A DNA stretch of 64,000 nt from assembly GCA_964106915.2 (NCBI GenBank), contig OZ066917.1; one strand, written 5' to 3'. Both the position numbers and the translations under genes were made by a program. Positions 14,515-25,965 of this stretch are shown here, in pieces (positions within the stretch are counted from its first letter, which is position 1; every line of letters starts with the position of its first letter). Source of the DNA: Podarcis gaigeae. Its lineage: Eukaryota. The notes beneath the pieces were generated by a model. It did not search any database, was not told the DNA's origin, and saw only the letters and a program-made list of their open reading frames with translations.

Positions 14515-15350
14515 TTGTGTATTATGAAATTCTATTACAATAAGGGACGGCAGCTGATTGAACCTGCCCTAAAGATATTTGGTAGCAAAGTGCTTACTCA
14601 AGTGCTCTGTGGCGTTGAAATCTGGGACTCTGATTTGAACCCTATTAAAGTTTTGAAAACGCTGCAGAAATTTTTTGGGGGTGGGAAGCTATGCTCCCTA
14701 CTATCAGGGATATCAGCTACTCTTCTTTGTACAGAATCTGAGTGGCCAACAATTAAGGCAATAGCCTTAACTGTGCTGAGTTAAATAATATTTTATAACA
14801 TTGCTACTATGCCTATTGAGTGTTTTCTTGCTCTGCGCTATGTGGAATTGGGTGATAACCAACTCTGGGAAGCAGCTTGTCAATATGTTTTTGACTACTA
14901 TTATTTTCCAGAACGGAGCTTTGGAATGACCTTGAATAAGTGTCAACTAAGGGATTGGTTCTTCTGGATAGAATCGGCAACTACTGTAATTAGAAACCCC
15001 ATTCTGCCCCTCTCCCAATGGTAGCCACTCTTGAGAACAGAGCATTTTAGAGCTAGTTATCTAACCAAAGTCTTAACAGTTTCCTTAAGAAATGCTTCTA
15101 CACTTTTGGATGGCTGCTACAACAGGGTTCAATATGCAGATAGATTTTTATTTGTAGTCAACCTCAGATGGAATACATCACTCATTGTCTGTTAACCTGC
15201 CCCTTATATAGAGAGCCAAGGGATCACTTTCTGAAACCTTTGTTTGCACAAGCAAACAATAGTTCAGTTTCCTTTGAGTGGCAGTAACAGTTTCATAACA
15301 TACATAGTGGCCCTGTATGCACTGGCTGCAAAAAAGAAAAAATCAGGAAA
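14515..15350 (+). mobile_element. Decayed non-LTR retrotransposon ORF 3' region (RTE-X-like, family uncertain)
   Basis: Frame-broken peptides KFYYNKGRQLIEPALKIFGSKVLTQVLCGVEIW (post-RT region, YG.EIW-like) and ICSQPQMEYITHCLLTCPLYREPRDHFLKPL from 15150 (remnant CCHC zinc knuckle typical of LINE ORF2 C-termini). Confidence 0.6.
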
Positions 15351-16854
15351 AATGAGTTAGATAAAATTGCTATAAGATAAAATTCAGAGGTTTAATCTGA
15401 AATTAAGCTGGATTTGAGTTAGTGTCTCAGATAACTATCTCTTACATCATCAACGTTGGCAAATTGGATTTTAAGAAAATCAAAATAATATTCGAATTGG
15501 AGCTGTCAGAGATGCATAAGGGAAACTGTGTTTTAATGATCAGGACCTTGACAAAGTCCTTTTTATATTATGGATTTTTGTACTATGGATATATGTTCTG
15601 TATTATTTTATTAATACTATTGCCTAATACAAGTTGTTCCTGAACTTGAAACTTGAAAATAAAGCTGTGGTTCTTATTTGCATTACCATTTTTTGTAAAC
15701 CCTTGTTGCACAGATACCACCATTAGCTGCTTCTGTAGTGATGGTGTTTGTATCTGTGTGAGTGCAACCATATTCCTCTGAAGCTTGGTTTTAGTCATGT
15801 AGCATCCTAGATGTTTAACTGAGCTTCACAGTATTTGAAGTTGTTTTCCACTGTGCCTTTTCTTTCTTATTTTCAGTGTCTTCCTAGACAAAGGAACATT
15901 GATCTTCAGTGCTCTAGGCAGTGCAGATTTTAGAGGTGTTTTTTCTCTCTCCCTCCTACTTCTCTCTTTATTGTCCTCTATATATTAAAATCACAAAAGG
16001 TTTTTGCTACAGGGAATTTATGATGTGACTTAGCAACAGGGCCTTTAAGCTTTGTGTGTAGATGTGCACTTACTCAATTTGGAAAATAACCTAAGAACTG
16101 ATAATGCTTGTTCGGTTTTTCTATTGGTGAGGTTCCTTTATGGATCATACATATGGTAACATTACTATGAATAGTTTCTACAGTTGGTCCTCAAATGATA
16201 CAATTAAGTTGACTGAAATATTGCTTTATGTTGAGTAACCCTTATTCACAGTGGCTGTTGGTAAAGATTTTGATGTGTTCTTTGCTCTGGATCTTGGCAG
16301 ACTGTTTCCTATAACAAAATGTGGAAGAAGAGAAGCAAATCAAATAAAGCAGCTTTTAGAGTTAGTAGCCATTCACCCCCGTTTTCTTTCATTGAGTCTG
16401 TCTGAAAGTAGGTGTTTTAACATACAGCCATCTCTTGTTAACATGTGTGTTTATTTTAGCATGACAGTGTTGTGTTTTCATCTTCCCACACTGACACAGC
16501 ATGTTGTTGCATCTATATTTGCTTTGTTACTGTATGAGGCATTTAAAAATGGCTTAGTGAAGAGAAGGATTCTTGTCACAGATTCACTCTCCCACTTTGT
16601 GGAAACATGAATCATTTGAACAAGTCCTTTTTGGTTGTTTAAAATTCTGTCTGTTGCTGTTTGAATAGAATAAGAGAGAGTGTGATCTAATGTCAAGAAT
16701 TTCAAAGTGCACTACCGTACCTTTGTTGGTCTGTGCTAAGCATGTTTTAATTTGAACATTTTCTACACATGTGTATTTACAAATTGAATCATTGTTATGC
16801 TGCTTCTCTGTTTGCATGATATGATTTTATTTTATATTTTTTTCCACTCACCAG

Positions 16855-16971
16855 ATGTTTCCAACATTTTGCTTCCCACCACTGTCATCCCCTCCCTTAC
16901 CACTGCAACAGTCACAACCACTGTAGCCTTAACAAGCACAGTCCCATCGGCAACAGCCATCAACACACGAG
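16855..16971 (+). CDS. CADM2: CADM2 Thr-rich juxtamembrane stalk exon (alternatively spliced cassette)
   Basis: Acceptor tttttccactcaccag|AT and donor CGAG|gtacag. 117 bp, symmetric phase 1-1. Encodes DVSNILLPTTVIPSLTTATVTTTVALTSTVPSATAINTR, closely similar to the mammalian CADM2 DVPNTLLPTTIIPSLTTATVTTTVA... segment. Confidence 0.95.
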
Positions 16972-18154
16972 GTACAGTATGCTTCTTTGTTTTGGCCTGC
17001 AAATCACAATATAAATAGGCAACCACAGGTATATGCGCACTAAGTATGATCAAGATGATAAAGGGAGATTGTGCATATTGCAAATTTATGTTCAGTTTAA
17101 TATACATGGGGACATCCAGTTTAATTGTCAGCAATTAACATAGTTGTGAATGATTTAACAGCACATTGTGCATCTTTGTCTAATGATATTTATGAATGTT
17201 GATGGGTGTTTTAACTGCTGTTATAAGTAATTGCTTCATTTAAGATTATCATATTAAACTTTTGTTGGAAGGAAACATACTTAATTTTGAATTAACATTG
17301 TCTCTTAAAACGATAAGTTTGCTTTCTGTTGCTAATATGCTGTGAACGTGTAAGTGGTTTGGATTTAACCTTATATTTATTTAGAAACTATTTCATTCAT
17401 GTTTATAGTTTAATTTTACAATAATTCTGTTCCCTTCTGTAGCTGTGTAAAAGGCCTTCCCAGACCACAGATTTCTTGCTCTAGAAATCTGTAGCTGTTC
17501 CTGCAATGGATAATCCAGATAACCTTTTGAAAGTAATGTTTCTTTTATTGGGAAATTACTGTTTCCTACTGCTGGTGGTGGTGTAAAATGGCAGTCACTT
17601 TCCCACACACTCAGCACATCCATTTCCATAGGAAGTGCAAAATATATGGCTGGACTAGTGATGCCAGTGGAGATTAGTAACTCATCCACACAATAATCCC
17701 TTACCTTTTTGGCTGTGCGGATGTTGTACTTAACAAGGCTGCTGAATGGGAGTAAGCCTCCTTGAACTCAGTGGTCCTTACTTTTGAGCTGACATTAAAG
17801 GATTACACAGTTAAACAACCAAGAAAAGTGGTTGACTTTAAATGCATAAACTTGAAGCAAATTTCCCATTTGCATTTCATATTTCCTAAGTAATGGTACA
17901 TACTGATAGGTCACTATAACCACTAATATACGTTAATTTGCAACTACATTTTTGTTTTAACTATTTATTTGTGCTTTTATCTAATACCCTTATCTTGTGA
18001 ACCACCCTGAGATCTTGTGATGAAGGTTGTTATATAAATCTAATAAAAATATAAGCAACCAGGGAAAATTTACTTGCATAGGTAAGAATGGAACATATAT
18101 TACAAACATACATACATTCACACATGTATAGGTGTGTGCATATTTATATATTGT

Positions 18155-18348
18155 ATTACTTATATTTATCTTCCATTCCTCTTCCAATGAACTCAAGGCA
18201 AAATACATGCATACACTCCCCTGTCACTTTTTTCCTCACAGCCATGCTGTCATTTGGCCTGTGAAACGCTGGCTGACCCCTAAGCTGTATGGCTGATGGC
18301 AGACTTGAATCTGGGTCTCTCCAGTCACAGTATGATCCTCTTGCCACT
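18155..18348 (-). mobile_element. Old MIR-like/CORE tRNA-derived SINE
   Basis: Minus-strand B-box remnant (GACTTGAATCTGGGTCTCTCC on +), a CORE-like central part and an L2-type A-rich tail. Confidence 0.5.
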
Positions 18349-18497
18349 TCATAGAATCATACAACTAGAGAGTTGGAATAGAGTACGAGGGTCATCTGGT
18401 CCAAGCTTTTGCAGTGCAGGAATCTTTTGCCCATCACGGGGCTGAATCCCACAATTTTGAGATTAAGAGACACATGCTCTACTGACTGAGCTATCTC
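18349..18497 (-). mobile_element. SINE with tRNA-Lys(CTT)-derived head and CR1-derived tail
   Basis: Reverse complement reads GAGATAGCTCAGTCAGTAGAGCATGTGTCTCTTAATCTCAAAATTGTGGGATTCAGCCCCGTGATGGGC (degenerate tRNA-Lys-CTT), then GATTCCTGCACTGC..TTGGACCAGATGACCCTC..TTCCAACTCT..ATGATTCTATGA (CR1 3' end). Confidence 0.85.
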
Positions 18498-18768
18498 AGT
18501 AGAATATGATAGCTTTATTTATTGAAAATGGTAAACAGTACATAGATAATTGTTTGTTATATGTGTCAAGCTGCATTGAATTAGGAATATTAGCTGGAAA
18601 TAAATCACAAACCTAGAATTTTTATTAAACAATAACCTTAAAGGTTATTTTATTAAACCAAGTATGTGCAATGGGATAGACAAAAGAGATACTGATTATT
18701 CCAACACATTTTGGGCCTTTCTGGTTCTTCTTTGGGGAAATTCAGAGAAATAAAGATTTAACACTTAA

Positions 18769-19171
18769 GGGGGCAATTTTATGGCCAGTTCTGCTGGGAT
18801 GAAAAGTTTAGGATGCAGTGGATCTCTGTCTCAGCTGGCTGTTTCCTAGCTCAGCCAGGCTCAGCTGTTGTTAAATCCCAGCCCCAGCTCAGCCAAAGAT
18901 ACGCCAGCATAACTCACTTATTCCAGCTCAGGTAGCTGAGCTGAAACTGACTTAACTGAGGCTAGTATGCATCCTCAAAAATGTGTATTCCAGGGTGTGC
19001 TGGGGGCTGGCCCATAGAGGCTGTGTCCCAAGCCTATTCAACTCAGCCACATGACCTAGCAGCCTGGCTCACTTTTTTAAAGGCTTGTTTTCCGTCTTCC
19101 AGGCTTAGGCAGAACAGCAGGCCTGCTGTTGAATGGAGGGCAACTTTACGCAGACATAGGATTGTTTCCTA
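18769..19171. mobile_element. Probable non-autonomous DNA transposon with internal CTCAGC/GCTGAG repeats
   Basis: Ends GGGCAATTTTATG and CATAGGATTGTTTCC resemble the GCAATCCTA..TAGGATTGC termini of the short hairpin family in this window. Many CTCAGC/GCTGAG motifs at 18830-18960. Confidence 0.45.
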
Positions 19172-19571
19172 CATGTGCTGCCTCTTCTTTTCTTAGTTTA
19201 TCTATTCCTCTGCAGAGACAACTAAGTACCTAGAACTATAAAAGGAAAGACTATCAGTTACTAGGCGGAACAGTTTGTTTTCATCAGATGGATGGGAAAG
19301 TACCATCTTTGCTTCTAGCAAGTAGATATACTCATAATTTTAGCACTGAGCAGTTACTCGAAGTATTTGAGGAACATAAAAAATAGTATGCAAGATCACC
19401 CAGGGAGACCCAGTGGATAATTCTCCCACTTGTATACCAGATGGCTGAGCCAATCAGTGGAGACAAAATATAATGTTTAACTAGTGTTGGATTAGACATT
19501 ATGCTGCTTTAATGCACAAACGTAAGCACGCTGTTTTTATTTCAATATCTTTGGAAATCCTTTCTATATAT

Positions 19572-20174
19572 TGTTACAAAAGTTGGGTGCCACCCTCACT
19601 CACTGTCGAGCGATAGCAAGATCCCAGGGGGGTTCCAGACAGTCACCCAGGGTCTGTGTTCCTTTGAAGAATTGAGACACGGTGGAGACTGTAATAACTT
19701 AAAGAAATATGGTACCTATTTACACCTTCTGACTGCATGGAGGGAAGCCAGATCTTACAGCATGGTTATTTCAAAAGGGGCTTAACCCCCACAGCAGTGC
19801 AGCCATGAAGTTCAAAGCATCTCTTCCTGCCAGCCTTCAGCCAGCCTTCCCAAGATGTATCCTAGTCTTTTTCTCTTCCTTCTTCCCAGAACACTCTCTT
19901 TTCCTGTCACCTCACACCCAGTTACCATGGCAAGCTTCCAAACCCATCTCTCTTCACACCTCATTGCTAGGGGGGAGGACAGTTCTCTTGCATTGCCAAT
20001 GGCTCTCAATGGCCCTGTATTGTTTCTTAATAGCCCTAGCTTGGCCAGGCCATTTTGCATAGGCTAGCTCAGGAATTCGTCTGTGGCTTGTATTTCTCCC
20101 TTCATGCCCCAAATAATCAAAATCCTACCATTTGTTAATTTCTAGGGTTTAGCCTCCGCCCCCTATCTATAACA
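19572..20174. mobile_element. Solo LTR (Gypsy or ERV type)
   Basis: Starts TGTTA and ends TAACA (5-bp terminal inverted repeat). Flanked by the 4-bp TSD ATAT (19568-19571 and 20175-20178). 603 bp, more GC-rich than the flanks. Confidence 0.8.
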
Positions 20175-22837
20175 ATATTTTTGTAGTTTGTTTAGTTCCC
20201 GGGTTTATTCTGTCTTTCCTAAGACAATCTACTACAGTGCTTAAACCCTAAACAACCCAGACATGAAATTCCTGAAAAACTGCCTTCTTCCCTACAGACT
20301 ATCTTGGATGGGGCCCCTTTGTACAGCCTTCAGTGGGCTCACTGTGGCAGCTTCTGAGCTGTGGAATTCCCCTCCTCTCAGTGGTGCATCTAATTACCTT
20401 CATTATATAGTTTTCATTGTGTGCTGAGGACAAACCACCATGCACACCCACCCCTTCTTTTGAAAGTATTTTGAAAATTACTCTGGAATTCCATATGGCT
20501 CAGATCAGCATGCCCTGTCTCACCTATCAGCTGCTGTAGCTTTTAATACAGAATTGGTTGCAAAACATGCACAAGCCAACCACCATTTATTTTCCCTGTC
20601 CCCTCATTCAGGAAAATATATTTCCTTAATATTTGTTATATTATAAATATAGGTACCTATTAAAACATTTATTATAGAAAAGGACTCCTGCTGTGTTCAG
20701 CATTCCTTGCTTGTGTGTGTGCTCTTTCTCTACCAGTGCTGCAAAACAAGTACCGCAAAGTAGAAATCACTCTTTGCTGCTTCTCCTGGTGAGCTGTGGC
20801 CTTCCAGGAAACAGCTCTAAGCATCCTGAGATCACATATCCTGAGGCAGACCTGCTAATGTCATACAAGGACTATCTGTGTGCTGTAGCTGTATGTTAGC
20901 TCCTGTGTCCTGCTCTTGTGACAACAGGAGTGGGTGGGAAACTGCTTGTGCAAACACAAAGAAAATGCTTTAATAATAATAATAAAAATTGGTTCTTCTA
21001 ACTGGAGACAGTTGGGATGGACAGGAATTTGATTAGACTTGGCTGAGCAATGCTGTTGATGTAAAATGGAAGGCTAAGGAGTATATGAGACTGGAAGGAT
21101 TGTGACTTTCTGGTTTTTGTGAAGATCTACGTTTTTTTTTCTTATCATTCCCCTTGGCAGGGCAATATTGTGGCTTGTACTATGTACCATCCAGCCACCA
21201 CTGCCTATGAGATTCATCTGAATTAAGCCTATCAGCATCTTAGAAAGTGTTTGTTGCCTTTTATGAGAACAAATCCTATATAAAGACCAGTGGATGCAAT
21301 TGATTTTAGTTCGGGCGAATGATTGTTTCTTACTTGACAACACTGACATTGTATCTATGGCTAATTTTCCATATGCATTCCTTACCATCTGGTGGTGATC
21401 TTGCTACTATAAGAAATAACAATTCCCAAAGAAAATGAAAGGAAGCTAATTCAGCTGTCTCAACAGACTGCACGCAATGCCTTTTTGTGTGTGAAACTCA
21501 TTATTAAAACATGTTCCAAACATTAGTTAAAACAGTTGGGTTGCAATCTGTACGTAATCATCAATTTATGGCTTATCACACCTCACGCAACTAAAGGAAG
21601 TATCACAGTACAGGTTTGCATAATTCCACATCTGATTGCTTGGAATGATGAATATGGCCAATATGCGATACATTATGCCTACATTTCCTGGGACTTTATG
21701 GTTATACCACCGTTTTTTACTCTTTATGCTTATGATCCAATATGGTATCTACACACGGAGCTGTTTTTCCCCCCTTTGTAACATAGCATTTTCTACTATA
21801 ATTTTTATTTCCAGTTTGGCTTCTTTCCCAAAAAAATTCTTAAAGAATGTCACAGTGTAGAACTAATAGCACTGAATAGCACTGTTGGAAATACATCATC
21901 TAACTCTCCTCACCCCAAAAGCTGTGTAAGATGTGTGACCACTTCTAGCAAGATACAAATTCATGAATTCTTTTCATTTTCATATAAGGTCTCTAAATTT
22001 GCATTAAGTCATAATTTATCATTAATCACAATCCCTGTATTTCAAGAGCCATGAAATTTGTCTTTCTAGAATTCCATATATAGTCACAAAAGGTACTATT
22101 TCAATATGAATATTTTGCACAATAGACAGCTACTGTGCTTTAGAGCTCCCATTTTAACTATTAACTCATTTCACACTGAAGTGGTTCCTTACAGCCCATG
22201 CTATATTCCACAGGAAAGTAAAATTTACAGCTGACTCTAAAGATTTGCAATCCAGGCATACTTTCATTTGCATAACGATCAGAAAGCAACCTTGAAAAGT
22301 TACTAAATCTACTTGGGTCATTAACAATGGTATTTCATGAAATACTTCCTTAGACTAGCTTTTTACTCACTTGGTCAGATGTGCATTTGCTCTTATGTTC
22401 AGTCCTTTTGTGCTTCTATATTACCCATTAACTTCAAATAGACTTTTAAAATATTTTGTCTTCTATGCTTGGGGTGGGGGTAGGGATCAACAAACATATC
22501 AGCAAACATATTTCAGGGACCAAAATGCGTAGACAGAAGAAAACTGAAGAACCAAAAGACAGGGAAACGTGAGTGCCTCAAGAGGCTTTTGCTGTGGATT
22601 TCCTTTCTAGTTTCCATATGGGAGTTGATAATGGCTCGCAGTAATGGACCTTTATTGTAATGGAATGCTACAGAGGCACTTTTTCAAATTTCCAGTGCCT
22701 TCAACTAAGACAGCCTTAAACATATACCAGTTCTTTAAATTACATACATTTGACATAACAAGTGGCAGGCTACAATGGGCTGTTCATTCAGGCTCCTTCC
22801 ATTTTTAGTGTAGACAACCATAACCTGGGAAACTACA

Positions 22838-23226
22838 GGGAGTGGGTGGCAATGTGGTCTAAACCACTGAGCCTCCTGGGCTTGCTGATCGGAAGGTTGG
22901 CAATTTGAATCCGTGTGACGGGGTGAGGTCCCATTGCTCAGTCCCAGCTCCTGCCAACCTAGCAGTTCAAAAGCATACCAGTGCAAGTAGATAAATAGGT
23001 ACCACTATGGCGAGAAGATAAACAGCGTTTCCGTGTGCTCTGGTTTCTGTCACAGTGTTCTGTTGCGCCAGAAGTGGTTTAGTCATGCTGGCCACATGAC
23101 CGGAAAGCTGTCTGTGGACAAACGCCAGCTCCCTTGGCCTGAAAAGCAAGATGAGTGCCGCAACCCCATAGTCACCTTTGACTGGACTTAGCTATCCAGG
23201 GTCCTTTGCCTTTTCTTACCTTTACC
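22838..23226 (+). mobile_element. Full-length Sauria SINE
   Basis: tRNA-like head, diagnostic core AGTGCAAGTAGATAAATAGGTACC and TAGTCATGCTGGCCACATGACC, (ACCTTT)-type tail. Flanking duplication ACCTGGGAAAC at 22823-22833 and 23224-23234. Confidence 0.93.
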
Positions 23227-23264
23227 TGGGAAACCCCTAACATACCTGGACATTGCAGGATATA

Positions 23265-23507
23265 ATGGATATAATGGACTTAAGTTACAGGAGAGTTGAT
23301 TTTGTTGATTTTGTTTAATCATTAGTAGAAGCTTCTTAACAGTTAAGAACACTTTGACAACAGAACCAGTTACCTAGAGGGGTAATCGAGGCCTTCAGGC
23401 AGAGGCTAGATACCCATCTATAGGAAATGCTTTAGTTCTGGATTTCCTGCATTTAGGATGGGATTTAACTACATGGCCTACAAAGTCCCCTTTAACTCTA
23501 TCATTCT
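23265..23507 (+). mobile_element. CR1 LINE 3' fragment
   Basis: Degenerate CR1 ORF2 end/3' UTR: GCCTTCAGGCAGAGGCTAGATACCCATCT..GGATTTCCTGCATT..CCCCTTTAACTCTATCATTCT. Confidence 0.75.
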
Positions 23508-23887
23508 GGAGTCCAGTGGTCCTACAGAGTAGGTAAGCTATATGCTAAACATCTTCTGGGAAAGCTTACCCAGTAGATGTCCCAATCTGCATTACCAGGC
23601 CCTGAGCAGATGGGCTTTTGCCAGGGAAAAACCACCTTGGCTGCCTGTGACCCCATGCACTCTGGCCACTGCTTTGAGGGGGTGCAGGCACCAGGATTTT
23701 GTAAAAATATTTTAAATTGTAAACCATAATTTGAAGAGCTCAATATAAACTTTATTTAGAGTAAATTAGCAGATGTATTTAACATCTTACCAATAGAGTT
23801 TAGTTTACATGAAGTTAATATTTTTATTTGCCATACAGAATCCCAACAATCCATAATATGAAGTTGTGTAAATCTATTTTTCCCTTT

Positions 23888-23980
23888 TGCACTGCTATCT
23901 TATACATGTCTACTCAGAAGTAAGCCCCATTGAGTTCCAGGGGGCTTATATTCAGGTAGGTGGCTATAAGATTACAGCTT
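23888..23980. mobile_element. ~90-bp hairpin MITE family (PIF/Harbinger-like); other copies near 835-925, 13590-13680, 17710-17812, 26245-26300, 28000-28125, 29538-29610, 32602-32695, 39540-39615, 49395-49495
   Basis: Shared palindromic pattern GCTGCAATCCTA..ACTTAC..AGTAAGyCCCATTGAr-TCArTGGGACTTACT..GAGTA..TAGGATTrCAG. Ends often adjoin TTA/TAA. Confidence 0.7.
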
Positions 23981-25065
23981 TAGGGGAGAATTATAGTTAA
24001 GTGCAAGTATTTCCATAAGACAATATGTTCTCCTCATCCCCTTGCACACTGTTACAGGGGTTCAATATACACACTCACCCACTGAGCCGTTGGGGGGCAG
24101 GGGGGAGAAGCGGGGAGGACCTGTACTGACTCCTGCAACTGTTTAGCTGAATCTGATCCTTTAATCTGTTTTTAACTATATGTAAAAGCTAACTAGGGTG
24201 TACCTTTCATTAGAGGAAGTTAAATCAAAAGAATTACCTGGGCCCCTTTAATATTAAAATGTTTTCCACAACACCAGATCTTGCTTGTGACTCCAATTTT
24301 TATTCTTCCTGATCTCATTAAAGTACCTTAGTACTTCTGAGATACTAAGAGAAAGAGAGCACAAAGCAATAGTATAAAGTCATACACAAAGAAGAGAGGC
24401 CAGTTCTGTTGAATGGTGTCTGAGATAAGGAAGGAGTTATCTTTAAGATAGCTGTTATAGGGTTCCTCACATGTACAACTGATAATAAAGAGAGTGATCA
24501 GTGTCTAACCTTTGAATCAGTTGTGTTCAGCAGCATGTTAAACAGCTAGCTATTTTATAGCATACTTCATAACTGTATCATTGTTAGCTAATTAATTAAA
24601 CTGATATGGTGTCTTGCTTTGACCTCCATGGGAGATATTGCATTTCTCATTTCCTGCGGCATTAATATTTTTATAAGCTTGTTTAAAGCTTTGCTCTTTG
24701 GCTTTTTCCTTATTCATCTAGGTCCATCTTTTTAAAACTGTTTTCCCCTTGCCTCCCCACTAATAGAACCGAGAATCAGTGAAAGAAGGATTTGCTATCT
24801 CTATCAGAGTCTTAACAGGGTCTAAAACAAACCAAGAACTAATCAGAAGCTGGAAGGAGCAACTACCAAGGCCACCCCATCTACCCCAGCAGATTTTTGC
24901 AAACCTGGCTTCTTTCAAGAAAATGTGAAACCAAAATATTTAGGTATAGAGTGCCCTCCCCCAACCTGCCCACACAAGAAAAAGAAAATGGAAAGGAAAG
25001 GAAATTAGAAACCCATTTTAGTAGTAAAGGTCATCAGACTGGGTGATGGAAAGAATCTTCAGAGG

Positions 25066-25653
25066 CAGTGGCATCGCAAGGAGGGCAGAGGGGCGGTGTG
25101 CCCCAGGTGCTATGTTGGGAGGGTGACAAGAAGGCACTCTGCGGGGTGCTCACCCCGCTGCTCCCAGACACGGCGGTGCAAGCAGCCATCACACCACCGC
25201 AGCTGCATGTGGAGGATCCTCCATTCTATGTACAACGCTCTATGTACAACCGCTATGTACAATGCATTCACGGTGTCACACGCATCCACTGTACGTAGCA
25301 ACGCTGCACATGCGCTGTGCATAGTGGTTTGCAACCGGTGCCGCCCAAGCGCCGTACGGACGGTAATGGGATCCCTCCATCGCCGCTACAGCTGCAAGCG
25401 GAGGATCCCTCTGCAGCCGCGAGGAGAGGATCGCGCCACCGTCTGTACGGCGCTCGTGCAGCACTGGCGGCAAACTACTACGTACAATGCATGCACGGTG
25501 TCGCGCACATGTGCGCTATGTAGCAACACCGCACATGCGCCCTATGTAGTGATGTCACGCATGTGTCGTACATAGCGACGCTACACGTGCGTCGTACATA
25601 GCAGCGCAATGCGTGCGCAGCCCCGGGTGTCAGTTAGCCTTCGTTCGCCCCTG
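25066..25653. mobile_element. CpG-rich non-autonomous hAT-like DNA transposon
   Basis: Termini CAGTGGCATCGC and GTTCGCCCCTG. 8-bp flanks TTCAGAGG (25058-25065) and TTCAGAGT (25654-25661). Sharp GC/CpG contrast with the flanks and internal direct repeats. Confidence 0.85.
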
Positions 25654-25799
25654 TTCAGAGTCTGGAAATGCTTGCATCAGCAGATACGAATTTTACTAGT
25701 TCTCAAATTCTTCTCCAAGCAGATAGTCTCCATTATTTTTGATATTCCACTCTCTCATCATCAAGCCCCCAAACAGCTGGTACAGGCTCCCTGCATGTG

Positions 25800-25965
25800 G
25801 TATCTTCCTAATCCAATCCCCTGCAATGCAGGAGTCTCAGCAAAAGCATCCATGACAGATGGCCATCTGCTTAAAAACCTCCCACCACATCCCAAGGGAG
25901 TCCGTCCCCCTGTCAACAGCTCTTATTGTCAGAAAGTTCTTCCAGATGTTTAGTCAGACTCTTCA
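25800..25965 (-). mobile_element. CR1 LINE 3' fragment
   Basis: TCCAATCCCCTGCAATGCAGGA..CATGACAGATGGCCATC..CAGCTCTTATTGTCAGAAAGTTCTTCCAGATGTTTAGTCAG, homologous to 39295-39510 and the reverse of 48400-48610. Confidence 0.8.

Noticed and set aside
18425-18497. tRNA-Lys gene
   Set aside because: Stems and T-loop are degenerate and it is fused to a CR1 tail, so it is a SINE head.
25228-25610. CRISPR-like or other repeat-spacer array
   Set aside because: The repeats are irregular, degenerate and internal to a transposon in a vertebrate genome, with no constant repeat-spacer period.
25068-25953. Overlapping Cys/Arg-rich ORFs of up to 159 aa
   Set aside because: They lie inside the GC-rich hAT element and a CR1 fragment. 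Stop-poor composition explains the ORFs, and no domain is recognisable.
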